In this document: piece after piece, positions 12,791 to 24,669 of the stretch
How the letters are laid out: each line of letters opens with the position of its first letter
How positions within the stretch are numbered: the first letter of the stretch is position 1
Assembly (NCBI RefSeq): GCF_009914755.1
Contig: NC_060928.1
Direction: 5' to 3' (one strand)
DNA from: the human T2T-CHM13v2.0 reference genome, Homo sapiens
DNA length: 64,000 nt
Position numbers and translations under genes: made by a program
Notes under the pieces: generated by a model
Seen by the model: only the letters and a program-made list of their open reading frames with translations
Databases searched by the model: none
Told to the model about the DNA's origin: nothing

Positions 12791-13115
12791 GTGCAGGGTG
12801 CAGGGCTACCACTGTATACTAGGCACAGGCTAAATACTGGGGCTCCATCTTGAGGGATACATTCACCTGGCGCCTGGTGCAGGGTGCAGAGCTGTAGGTA
12901 TGCAGGGTGCAGAGTGCAGGGCTACCACGCAGGGGTGCAGGGTGCAGAGCTGTATGCATGCAGGGTGCAGGGTTATGGCGCAGGGGTGCAGGGTGCCGGG
13001 GTTCAGGGTGCAGAGCTGAAGTAGTGCTGGGTGCAAGGGTGCCAAGATGCAGGGGTGCAGGATGCAGAGCTGCAGGGGTGCAGAGATGCAGGAGTGCAGG
13101 GGTGCAGGGACTGCA
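12758..13115. repeat. (GCAGGGT)n-based minisatellite with a ~50-bp higher-order unit
   Basis: Repeated ggggtgcagggtgcagagctgta..atgcagggtgcag; interrupted by a foreign 65-bp monomer at 12812-12876. Confidence 0.9.
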
Positions 13116-14076
13116 AACTGACAGCCCCATGTCCCTCCTACCCTTCACCTCTGTCCTCTTGGTTTGCTGAGCATCTTGGGAGACAGATCTTGGTGCCGTC
13201 TGCTTGGGCTAGTGATGTCATTTCCCTGAGACTCAGCTTCTTGCTGTAAAAGCGGTGATTACAGAGTGTGGCTCCGGGGCTGTCAGCATTGTGTGTGGTT
13301 GTAATTAGGTATTGATTCAGTAATTTGGGGAATTAATTAATTAAATCGGCGTGGCCTCAGTGTAGCAAAAATTAGAGGATGGAGGGTGGAGAGAGACTCA
13401 ACAGCTGTCTGCTTTTCATGGGACAGCTCAGGGGTGGCAGAGAGCCCCCAGCCTCAGGCACTGCACAATTCCCATGCCTCTGCATCAGTGCTGTGCTCCT
13501 GTGTGACAGGCCAGCCCTCGGTGTGTCTGCACCACCATCTCCCTGACTCTCTCAGCCCCCTGGTTCCCTCACTCCCACCCAGTACAGTGTTTCCTCCACC
13601 CCATGCCTGTGCATATGCTGTTCTGCCTGCTGTTCCAGTCCTACAGCTCCTTCCTGAACAGTGCCACCTCCAGGAAGCCCTCCTGGCTGCTGCCTCTTTT
13701 CACTGTTTTCCTCCATTACAGCCTTTTCTGAAGGTACCTTCTTGTTTGCATTGTATGGCTCCCTCCACCTGCTGACCCAGGAGAGGCTCAGTTGCAGGTG
13801 AATTTCCACAACAGGACTAGGAAGGCTCCATCCCCCACAGCTTCACATCTGCACCTGCCTCAACAGAGACCAGTGCTAGAGCAAGAGAGGCTCGGGGAGC
13901 CCAGAGAGAGCCCTGCGATGCTAGACTGGGGGTCTGGACTGCCCCAGCTGTGCAGCCAGTGGCCAGCAGTTAACACACAGCCAGTACCAGGTGAGTGAAG
14001 GGAGCAGTTTGCAGCCACCTGCACTGTGTGTGCTCCAGCACTGTCTGGGCCCGAGGCATTCCTGGGGCTGCTTAGG

Positions 14077-15125
14077 GGATGCATCCACCTGGCGCCTGCT
14101 GTATACTAAGCACAGGCTAAACACTGGGGCTCAGTCTTGAGGGATACATTCACCTGGCGCCTGCTGTATACCAGGCACAGCTAAGCACTGGGGCTCAGAC
14201 TTGAGAAATACATCCACCTGGGTGCCTGCTGTATGCTATGCACGAGCTAAGCACTGGGGTTCAGTGTTGAGGGATACATTTACCTGGCACCTGCTGTATA
14301 CTAGGCACGGGCTGAGCACTGGGGGTCACTGTTGAGGGATACATCCACCCAGCGCCTGCTGTATACTAGACATGGGCTAGCCACTGGAGCTCAGGCTTCA
14401 GAGATACATCCACCCGGTACCTGCTGTACATTAGGCATGGGCTTGAGGGATGTACACTAGAGCCCTAGGCAGGTGCACTAGGGCTGAGGCTTGAGGGATA
14501 CATCCACCTGGCACCTGCTGTATACTAGACATGAGCTAAGCACTGGGGCTCAGTCTTTAGGGATACATCCAGATGGTGCCTGCTGTATACTAGGCACAGG
14601 CTAAGCACTGGGGCTCAGTGTTGAGAGATACATCCACCTGGCGCCTGCTGTATACTAGGGATGGGCTAAGTACTAGGGCTTAGTCTTGAGGGATACATTT
14701 ACCTGGCACCTGCTATATACCAGGCACAGTCTAAACACTGCGGCTCAGTCTTGAGTGATATATTTACCCGGCTTCTAGGCACGGGCTAAGCACTGGGGCT
14801 CAGTTTTTAGGGACACATTTACCTGGCGCCTGCTGTATACTAGGCACGGTCTAAGTACTGGGGCTCAGGCTTGAGGAATACATTTACCTGGTGCCTGCTG
14901 TATACTTGGCATGTGCTAAGTACTGGGGCTCAGTCTTGACGGATACATCCTCCTGGCGCCTGCTGTATACTAGGCACAGGCTAAGCACTGGGGCTCAGTC
15001 TTGAGGAATACATTTACCTGGTGCCTGCTGTATACTGGCCACAGGCTAAACACTGGGGCTCAGTGTAGAGGGATGCATCCACCTGGCACCTGCTGTATAC
15101 TAGGCATATGCTAAGCATCGGGGCT
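14077..15125. repeat. 65-bp minisatellite (VNTR-like), ~16 units
   Basis: Unit ggatacatccacctggcgcctgctgtatactaggcacaggctaagcactggggctcagtcttgag; period 65 (14077 to 14142), with irregular units near 14440-14490 and 14770. Confidence 0.95.
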
Positions 15126-15783
15126 CCGTCTTCTGAGCTGACAAGGCTGAGCGCCTGGTATGTGCTGGGCACTGGGCCGCTGCGTTTACCCACTGGGGTG
15201 AGCGGGTGAAGCAGCTGGAGCCCCTCTGTGCGGCAGTGGCCGGTTCCTAGCACCATCACCCATGTTCAGCTAGAGGTCTAAGAGCAAGCTGGTAATGCCC
15301 TTTCTTGCGCTATTATTCAATATGCCTCATCCCCAATTTCACACACAAACACCTTGGGGTGGAGTTGGCCCTGGTTTCTAGAAAGAGCTCCTGGCGAAAG
15401 CACGAGGTCAGCTCCCCTTCCCCCCATAGCTCCCCGCACCCCCAGAGCGTGGAGGCTGGGTCCTGCCTGATTCTCCGGGTTGCATGCTCCTCCCTGGCAT
15501 TGCTGAGTGCCCAGCACTGTGCTCCAGGGGCCTGCCTGGGGAGGGGAAGCCCTTCTCATTCATTCACCCCACAGGGCGCCGGCCACACAGACAGATAGCG
15601 CCAGCTGGCCTCGGGACGCCCACAGGTCCCTGGAGCCAGCGACTGAGGACTGTGGTCCATCAGCAGGCATAGTCAGGCTGTGTCTTCAAACTAAATCCAG
15701 ACGCTGACCGGTTCCGTCACCTGCACTGCCGCCTCCCTGGCTCACACCCGCGTCCTCTCCACTCTGGGATGCTGCCAGTCTCC

Positions 15784-16320
15784 TGCGGCAGTTTTAAAAG
15801 GTGGCTGTGCATGTCTTGCAGCTCCTCCTTGACAGGTGTGGTCGAATCCCCTTCCCCTTGAATCTGAGCCGGCCTTGAAGCCTGGCTTGGAACCAGTCGC
15901 CTGTCGCATGTAGCTGGAGAGCAGCTCTGTGACGTTCAGGGCTAGGTCCGAAGACGCCTGGCAGCTGCTGTGTTGGTCTTTGGGAACATGGAGCGCCCAG
16001 GCTCCTTCCTGCAATGCTGCCCCCAGACCTCGAGCTGTGAGAAGCTCCAGCCCCAGGCAGAGGCCCATGGTGGGTGCTCCCGTTCTCGGCCCCACGAACT
16101 TCCCATCTGATGAGCAGGAGAGCTGCCTGCCACGTGACTGTGCCACTGTGGACATCAAGCTCAGACGAGACTTCAGATGACCACAGCCCCACTGGACACC
16201 TGGCGGGAACCGCGGGAGGGACCCCAAGCAAGAACCGGCCCCTCGAGCCTTTCCCGAACTCTTGACCCACAAAACAGCGACCCACTAAAAAAGATGGGTG
16301 ATTCTCAACCACTGTGCGTT
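15784..16320 (+). mobile_element. MLT1 (F/G/H-like) solo LTR, unusually CpG-rich
   Basis: tgcggcagttttaaaaggtggctg ... ccccttgaatctgagccggcc ... cttcagatgaccacagcccc ... ttcccgaactcttgacccacaaaac; accounts for the ORFs at 15742-16330. Confidence 0.65.
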
Positions 16321-16550
16321 GAGGAGTCACAGCAGACCAGCCTCCCTGTGTCCAACCCGGAGCCCCTGCCGGCTATTTAACCCTGAAACCGGGGGGCAGC
16401 CACTGTTTAATCCTGAAGCTGGGGGGCAGCCACTGTGTAACCCCAAAGCCAGCAGGGCGGCCACTGTGCTTCGAGGAGTCGCAACAGACCAGCCTTCCTG
16501 TGTCCACGCTGGAGTCCCTGCCGGCTGTTTAACCTCGAAGCCAGGGGAGT
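16309..16550. repeat. Nested tandem repeat (152-bp duplication enclosing 30-bp units)
   Basis: ccactgtgc..gaggagtc at 16309 and 16461; ccactgt.taa at 16400 and 16430. Confidence 0.8.
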
Positions 16551-17202
16551 CCTGTGAATCCTGTACAACGTCCGTGGGATTGCGCCTCCTCCGTTGAAGA
16601 CCCAACACTGGACTTGTCTCACGCAGAATAAAGCCGAAATCCCCACCATAGCCTGGGGTCAACAGGGGCTGCCACCCCACCCCGAAGGGCTCAGGTCCCT
16701 CCCTCTGCTGTGTGGGGGTGGAGGGGAGAGGTGGAGGCTGTGCTCACGGGGAGCCCAATCAGAAGGACTCCGCATCTTGAGGCTAGAAGCGGGCGACGGC
16801 GAGGGAGGCCCCAGCATGGTGCCTGGGCCTTGGATTTGGGACCCGGGGTTGGGGTGACCCATTTGCCGAGTGCCCCTTGAGGGGACAGCATCATCGAGGG
16901 AGGTTTCTTTTGGGACAAGAAGGTGAGGGGGTCGAGGATCCTGGGGACGTAGCCAGTGATGGAGGACGGACCCCAGAGGCCTCAAGAAGGCTTTGGAGAG
17001 CAGGGGATGAGACAGGTGGGGACCCAGAGAGTCCTGGGACCAAAAAGGGGTGAAGAGGGGCGGAGCATGGGTTCCAACAGTGACGAAGGCCTCAGGGAGA
17101 GGAGTCCAGGGAGCTCGGTGTGGACGTGGCAGGTGGCAGGGCCAGCTGTGTGGTGGGAGGAGCAGGCTTCCCTCTGACCTTGTTGGAGTTTGTTATGAGC
17201 GT

Positions 17203-17705
17203 GCACACTCTCACACACTCACACATGCACACTCTCTTACACACACACTTACACTCACACCCACACTTACACTCATACACATGCACTCACACACTTTTAC
17301 ACACGCAAACTCTTACATACACAGTCTTACACACATTTACACACATACATCCTTATGCACTTACATATACACACACAGCCTTACACTTTCACATACAATC
17401 TTACAGTTACACTCACACACACATACACATTTTTACACACATACACATTCTTACATTCACACACAAATACACACTCTTACACTCATGCTAAGTCTTACAC
17501 ACACTCTTACATGCTTACACTCACATGCTTACACACATACTATTACAGTCACACATACACTTACATTCACATGTGCACACTCTTATGCACACTCATACTG
17601 ACGCACACACATCCTTACACTCACAGTCACAAATACACACTCTTTCACATCTACGCTCTTACTCTGTCACACTCTTACACACACATTCTTAACACTCACA
17701 TGCAT
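17203..17705. repeat. CA-rich degenerate simple repeat
   Basis: About 500 bp of cacactcttacac/cacat variants; source of the His/Thr-rich ORFs. Confidence 0.95.
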
Positions 17706-18726
17706 GCAGTCACTAAACCCAGAAAGACTGCTGGTCAGTTGCCCCAGGGCTCCGGTGGCTGCTGAGTTGGGGCTCCGACCTCAGGCCCCTGCCACTATGC
17801 CACACATTCTCCTGCGGGTCAGAGGCCCTTGTCTGATCCACAGTGGATGGAGTTTCCTCTGGACAGCTGCCCACCCAGCGTCCCTCCTCTTTCTGCCCCC
17901 ACTGCTGCCCGTGCACCCCTCAGTGTCAAAGCAGACACAGAGCTGGCTCAAGAAATCCTGGCTATTCCCGACCCCGACAGCTCCAGTGACCACCACTCAC
18001 TCATGGCTTCCTTTTCAAGGGCTCGGAGCTAATGCGCATTGGGGGGCTGGGCCATCGCCTCCTCCCCCAGTGTTGCTCCCATTTCCCAGAGGAGGAGCCG
18101 GGTTGGGCGGAGCTGCTGCCTGCCTGGGTCCGCCCACTCACCCCACCTGCCTCGGCCAGTGCACCTCTCTGGCCCTCCGATGGTTGATTGCTGGGCCATT
18201 GTTCCGAGGGGGAAACATCTTCGCGTTTCATTTCCTCTCCATTGTAGGAGGACGCAGGCCCTTCACAGCCGCAGGAGCAGGCCCGCCCCCAGGCTGTGCT
18301 GCTGGATATTAAAGCTGCCACCGTCTGGGCTGGAAAAGTGCCGATGAGAACACTTCCTTTAATGAGTCCAGCTTCGGAGAACAGCCCAGACTGTGGCTCC
18401 CCGTGGAACCCAAGACCATGGGAGGTTGCAAAAGGTGGGGGTGGGGAGGGAGAGATGGGGGTGGAAGCTGGCACAGCCTCCCCCTGTCCCCACACCCCAC
18501 CCCGCTTGGGTGGCCTGGGAACTGCGGCCCACCTTGGCCCACCCTGCAGGGCTGGCAGGGTCTGCTCCCCTGTCCTCCACCAATGCCAGAGTCCCAGGCA
18601 CAGCCAGCACTCTTGTCGGGCATCTAGGTCCCAGCAGGCCCCACCCCTCTTTCTCGAAGCAGGGCCAGATTTAGTTGGGTGTTCTCCATCCCCTGCCAGT
18701 GACTTCAGGAAGGGACCATCTGAGAG

Positions 18727-18973
18727 CAGGAGAGGCCACTGGGCAGGGCTATGACCAGAGGGTAACGTCTATCCAAGTCATCTGCCAAGTTGGGCCAAGC
18801 TTTTTCTCAAGTGGAGGAGAGACGAAGGGGCAGCACACACCCCTCTGCTGCTCCCAGCCCTCCTCGCAGACTGGATGGCTATGTGCCTGTGGGGGTGCCT
18901 TCCTGGGCGAGTATAAAAATAGACTGGAGCAGGAGCTTCAGGGGTGCAGGGTGTAGAGCTGTAGGCATGCAGG
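18727..18973 (+). repeat. 247-bp direct duplication, copy 2
   Basis: Matches 12544-12790 at an offset of 6183 bp. Confidence 0.95.
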
Positions 18974-19009
18974 TCCATCCACAGGGTGGCAAATGGGAGG
19001 GTCTCCTCT

Positions 19010-19345
19010 TCTCTAAGGCTGAATCACACTCTATTGTGAATATACGCCCCGGTTTACCATCTGTCCATCGATGGACACTTACCATGGTGAGTAGTGCTGC
19101 AGTGAACCTGGGAGGGCAGACATCTTTACGAGGTGGCGATTTGATTTTGGGAGTATACACCCAGACGTGGGATTGCTGGGCCCCAGGGTGGTCCCCTTTT
19201 TAATTTCTTTAGGTCCCCTGCTCTGTTTGCCGTAGCGGCCGCAGCATTCCACATTCCCAGCTGCAATGTCCAAGGCTCCCATTTTCTGCAGGCCCTCGCC
19301 GCCCACATCTCCTGTCTTTTTCATGGTAGCTGTCCTAACAGGCGG
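19010..19345 (-). mobile_element. L1 ORF2 C-terminal fragment, GC-shifted
   Basis: Minus-strand translation KDVCPPRFTAALLTMV..RIFTIECDSAL resembles the L1 ORF2 C-terminus (KDTCTRMFIAALFTIA..HIYTMEYYAAI); GPAIPRLGVY resembles DPAIPLLGIY. Confidence 0.75.
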
Positions 19346-21289
19346 CCAGCTGATCTTTCTTAAATGCAACTATCTCTAGGGGGTCCACACCTCACAGCCT
19401 TGCCACAACCCCCGGAAAGCTCGCACTGTCAGAGTTACACCAGGATGGCAGGGCCCCGGTGGGCAGGGTTTGGGGATGAAGCTGGAGGGTCGCAGGCAGC
19501 TGTGACTAAGCGGAGGCCGCCTCTGTGTGGGTCAGAAAGGGGACACAGGACCCCAGAGTCCTCGTGTGTCAGGGTCCCCAGGGGTCCCTCTGCCTGGCAT
19601 GCAGGCTTCCTGGTTTTGCACTTGAGATGGGAGAGAATGGGAACCATTCCCGCCCTGGGGGGTCACAGCTCCGCGTGGAGCCGGAAGCCTCTCATCTGCA
19701 AGCTCCAACATGAGTAACGAGGCCAGGCACGTTGGAGATCAATCTTCATTCCTGTGATTAATCCACCGGCTTGGACGAAGCTGATTCTGCTCTGCCAAGA
19801 GGGTCAGCCCTGTCTCCCGCCCGCGCTGACACCTGCCCTGCAGGCCACTCAGTGAGCAGCCTGCACTTGGCTCTGACTGCAAGGGATGCCCCCCGGGAGG
19901 CCAAGGCCATGGGCATCCGCGGCCCTGGGCTGGGTGACAGGGGTATGACAGAGCCCCCGGGAGCGGCCTTAACAAGGAGAGCTGCCCGATCCCACACCTC
20001 CTTGCTGTGCGACCTTGGCAAGTCACTCAATCCCTCTGGTCCTTACGGCTTCTCCTGAAAACCAAAAAGCATAAGCCCTGCTGGCCTCCCAGGAAGCAGG
20101 TGACACGTGTGCCCAAAGGTCACAGGTCACTCCCCTCCCACCTCCCTGACCCCACTTCTGACCAGAGTCAGCCCTTACCCCTCCCCGGGGAGCACTGGTC
20201 CAAAGCCCCTCATTCTCCAGGTCTGTTTCCTGGTCTCTAAAATGGGAGTACACCCAAGTGCTGTTTGTTTCCTTGTTTGTAGGATGGGAACAGCCTGGGT
20301 TTTACAGCAGCCGTCTCCGGGAGCCCGAGCTGGAGCAGGAAGAGGCCCGGCCGGGACTCTGCAAGGCGTGGGGTGCAGGTGGTTCTCCTTTCCTGGGGTC
20401 CCCGCTCTAGGGTTGATATGGCCTCCCTGAGCTCCAGGGAGATCACAGCTGAGTGCTGAGCCCACCTTCCGGCTGTGGCGGCGGGGCCACCCAGGCCCTG
20501 TGGAGGGGCCTGCACTCCGTCTCTGCCTCCCACCTCCCTGCCTGGGCCCAGGTAGCCACGGTCCAGGGGCAGGCCAGATGAGTGTCTGGGGTTCCAGCCT
20601 CCCTGCTGCCGGGCAGTGCTGCGCTGTGCCGGCCGTGCCAGCGTGGGGAGGGGGCCGTCATGGCTCTCAGCTCCTGCAGCCCATGGCCCAGAGGCTACCC
20701 TCACCAGGGCAGGCTCCAGGCCCTGAAGACACCCCTCTCCCTCCAGGGCAGCCTGTGCCAGCTCTGAAAGCGCCCCCGCCCCCCACCCACTGCCTCGGGG
20801 AGGTCGTCACAAGGCTTCCTGTGCAGGTACTCACCGGGGCGGCAGGAGCACAGGGCTCCATCTGCCCACAGGAGAAAGGAGGGAGCAACTTCGCCTGCCC
20901 TTCCCTGGGGGAACACGGCTGGAGCTGTGGCTGTGATGACTGGAGCTGTGGCTGTGGCTGTGACAGCTGGGTGGCAGGTCCAGGCGTCCCACCCAGGGTA
21001 CTGTCCTCTGCATCCAGTCCAGGCAACACAGAATAAGCATCATGCTCCAGAGGAGGTAGCCTGCCTGTCCTTCAAATCCCTCTCCTGAGGCCCATCCTGC
21101 CCTTATGCTTGTCTTATCCCCAACCAGACAGGCTGCCCGTGCCACTCCGATGCCCAGCACCCACCAGCATAGCCACCTGGAGTTGTTTCCCCAAGCTGCA
21201 GGCCACTGTGTTAAGGGCCAGTCAGAGCTCATTTGGACAGGAAGGTTTTCTACACATTACAGCTCCCAAGCTGAAAGAAAGTTGTGAAA

Positions 21290-21660
21290 GCTGGACAGGT
21301 GGACATGGGTGGGAGAGGTGACACGGGTGGGACAGGTGGACACAGGTGGGAGAGGTGACACGGGTGGGACAGGTGGACACGGGTGGGACAGGTGGACACG
21401 GGTGGGACAGATGGACACGGGTGGGAGAGGTGACCCGGGTAGACGTGGGCAGGAGGGGCAATCTGGGTGGACGCTGGTGGGAGGGGTGTAATCTGGGTGG
21501 TCACGGGTGGGACGGGTGACCCGGGTGGACGAAGGTGGGAGGTGTGGTCCGGGTGGACACGGGTGGCAGGTGTGATCCGGGTGGTCGCAGGTGGGAGGGG
21601 TGAGCTGGGTGGACGAGGGTGGGAGGTGTGATCTGGGTGGACAAGGGTGGCAGGTGTGCC
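21290..21660. repeat. G-rich 18/19-bp minisatellite
   Basis: Unit gggtgggacaggtggacac / gggtgggagaggtgacac, degenerating rightwards. Confidence 0.9.
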
Positions 21661-22324
21661 TCAGGTGGAGAAAGCAGCGTGATGCCTGCAGCCCAAATGG
21701 AAGTCACAGCCACCCAGGCAGGCAAGAGCTATGCCAGGCTGAGAGATGGAGATTTTGTCAGGAGGGCCAGGAGCATCTTGGGCTGACCCAGAGGTGGGGG
21801 TGACGCAGGCCCAGTAGGGGTTGAAGGCGGGGCTGGTGAGCTGGACAGGCAAGGGGAAGGCTGAATCCTGGCTAGAATATTACAACTCAGGTGATAATTA
21901 TGCCCACTGTGGAGTCCAGATGGGCCCCCGGAGCTCTGGGATCAAGGCCTCATCTTCCCCGGTGAGGAGGAGGGTAGCCCCGAGGGGAGTGGGCAGCTCC
22001 ATGGGGAGCCCAGGGCTGGGCCTGACTTCTCAGAGCCTTCCTGGCAGGCTGCAAAGGACCTTCAGTCATCCCCCTTCCAGCCTGGCTTGAATTCCCTGAG
22101 ATGGGGACTCACTGCTAAGCCACCTCCATCACCACGGACGTGGACACAGGAGGGTAAGGCAGTGGTCCAGCGTGGTGGCCCCCATGTGAGGGACAGCAGG
22201 GATGGGAAGAAAAACGGCAGGAGAGTGGGGAGGCAGAACACAGAATGGGCTGCGGGAACGGGAGGCCAGCAAGGCTGGGGCCGCTCTGTCTGCTCAGATA
22301 GACTCATTCCAACGGATGCCGGCC

Positions 22325-22732
22325 AGATTCGTGTCCTGGGGCCGCCAAAACCAAGTCCCACAAACTGAAGCTTCAAACAACAGACACTGCTTCTCCCCAA
22401 GTTGTGGAGGCCAGAAGCCCGAGATCCAGGTGCCAGCAGGACTGTGGTGGCTCTGCAGTCCCCAGGGAGGCTCCTTCCTGCCTCTTCCAGCCTCTGCAGG
22501 CTACAGCAGGACTCTGGTCTCTGCCCCCACTGGCCCCGCACACTCCCTGCCTGTCCATGCCTCTTCCCCCCTTCTAAGGACACCAGTCATGTGGGTTCAG
22601 GGCCCACCCTACTCAAACAGGGCCTCATTTAACTGAACCAATTACACCTGCAGTTCCCTGTTTCCGGAGAAGGGCAAATTCTGGGGTTCCAGGAGAGACA
22701 TGAAATGAGGGGGACATTATCCACCCAGTATA
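22325..22732 (-). mobile_element. MLT1C/D-like MaLR solo LTR
   Basis: tggaggccagaagcccgagatccaggtgccagcagg ... taaggacaccagtcatgtggg ... gggggacattatccacccagta. Confidence 0.75.
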
Positions 22733-23431
22733 CTGGCTGAAGGCCTCAGGGCCTCCTGGGCTGGTCTCAGGGTGGGAGGGAGACTTGGTCCCTGTGGAGG
22801 TGAGCAGTCCAGGGCCTTCAGAGCCAGCCTCCACAAACGTGTGGATGAATCAGTGAGGGAGAGGGCTGTGCTGTGGCCCTTGTCCTCGGGGAGTAAGCCT
22901 GTCTGTGGCGATGGCCATAGCACCAGGATGCAAGGTAGCAGGTGAGAGGGGCAGGGACACAGGCGGTGCCGCCCATCCTGCCCGGGGAAGTCTGGAAGCC
23001 TCTTCGGGCTGACCTGCCAGCCAGGCCTTGGAGGCGAGGAGGCACTGCTGTGAGGACTCTGCAGCCCTTGGCTGGGACATGTCCCCCACTGTGGGCAGCT
23101 GCTGCTGCAGACACACTGGCTGTTAAGGAGCAGAGTCCAAGCCTCCTGCAATACGTTCGGGAACTTTCTGCCTTGGAAAACATCGAATCTCTAATATTGT
23201 CCCTTTCCTCTAGAAAAGGCACTGGGTACAGAGATGACAAGGCGCTGGCCCTGCCTTCCAGGGGCCCCCAGCATCATGGGGAAGACACCCAGTGACTGGC
23301 CAACTCATCTCTGCCTTTCCGCTGTCGGCTGCACAAGTGTGCACCTGCTGTGGCCCCTGGGAAGTCTTCTGTGCTAAAGTGGAAAGGCTTCCAGTGCCTT
23401 CACAAAGTAAATGCTGCTGAACGACAGCTGC

Positions 23432-23845
23432 CTATCTCAGTCCACTTGTGTCGCTACAAAGGATACCCGAGGCTGGGTGATTTATAAAGAACAGAAGCTT
23501 ACTTGCTCACGGTTCTGCACGCTGCCTGGGAAGCACGGCCCTGGCATCTGCTTGGCTTCTGGGGAGGCCTCAGGAAGCTTCCACTCACGGTGGAGGGGGA
23601 GGGGCTGCGTGTGTGGAGCTCACAGGGCGGGAGAGGAAGTCAGAGAAGGAGGTGGGTGCGGGCTATTTTCAGTAGCTGCTTTGTCGGAAACTCAGACAGT
23701 AGAATTCACTCCCCAACCCCCGCCCCAGGGCATGAATCTACTCACAGGGATCCACTCCATGAGGAAAACACCTTCCATTAGGCCCCACCTCCAACACTCT
23801 GGGATCAAATTGCAACCTGAGGTTTGGAGGCCCAACCATGCAGCC
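23432..23845 (-). mobile_element. MST-type MaLR solo LTR
   Basis: ggatacccgaggctgggtgatttataaagaa ... gcatctgcttggcttctggggaggcctcagg ... aggccccacctccaacac. Confidence 0.8.
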
Positions 23846-24669
23846 GCCAGCACTGCTCCTGGATATCACCAAGGAATACGGGTCAGTCTCAGTCCTAGAG
23901 ATAGCTGCTACCCTCAGGGACTCAGCCCTAGCAGTACCAAGGACAGCGGCCTAACCACCAGATGTGCCTCCTGATAAGGTCATTGGAGCATTCGCAGACA
24001 GTCTTCAAGCATCCACTGTGTGCCAGGCTCGCGCACCGAGGCCATGCCAGCGGGTGTCATCATGCCAGCTCTTCCCAGGCCTGGGCAGCTGAGACCTGTG
24101 CATGCCAGGCCAAAGTCTCCAGCCCCAGATGTGAACCTGGAATGCCCCGGCCCACCTCCTCCTTCTTGGGGTCCCCAGATTCGCTTCCCGAGGACCTCGA
24201 AGGGTTCACATTCTCACCATAAGCAGGCGCTCACACCGGGGGCAAGCAGAGGGACAGCAGCCCCCTAGAGGCAGGGCCCAAGGGTCCCATGCACTTCACC
24301 CCTGCTGCAGGACCTGGCCTGGGCCTGTGACTTGGGAATGCCACATCATAGAGGTTCTCTGGAAACAAGGAATGCAGACCCCATGACCACGTACCCCCAC
24401 TCCCCAGATGACCCACTGCAGCAGACCAAACATGGGCATCCATCTCTGAGTGCCCCGCAGTGCAAGCAAATGACGTGTCTGGGTTTGTGTCTCCCCAGAG
24501 CTGACTGGAGATAGGGATCTGAGGGTTAATGTGTCCTTGGGAGTCGAAGAGAGCAGTGTCAAGGGCAGTGGGGAGGGAGGAGAGGCAGCCACTAAGCAGG
24601 AGAGACCTGCAGCTTCTCAGATGGCCTCCCTGTGGTGGCTGGGTCCTAGTGGGTCCACCTGACATCTTG

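Noticed and set aside
17050-17765. His/Thr-rich proteins
   Set aside because: Translations of a CA-rich simple repeat in all three frames.
20915-20970. Keratin-associated-protein-like Cys/Gly repeat (WSCGCDDWSCGCGC)
   Set aside because: Only a short (ggctgt)n tract; the surrounding ORF lacks sustained Cys-rich composition.
21473-21480. Chi site GCTGGTGG
   Set aside because: A bacterial RecBCD signal with no role here; a chance match in a G-rich repeat.
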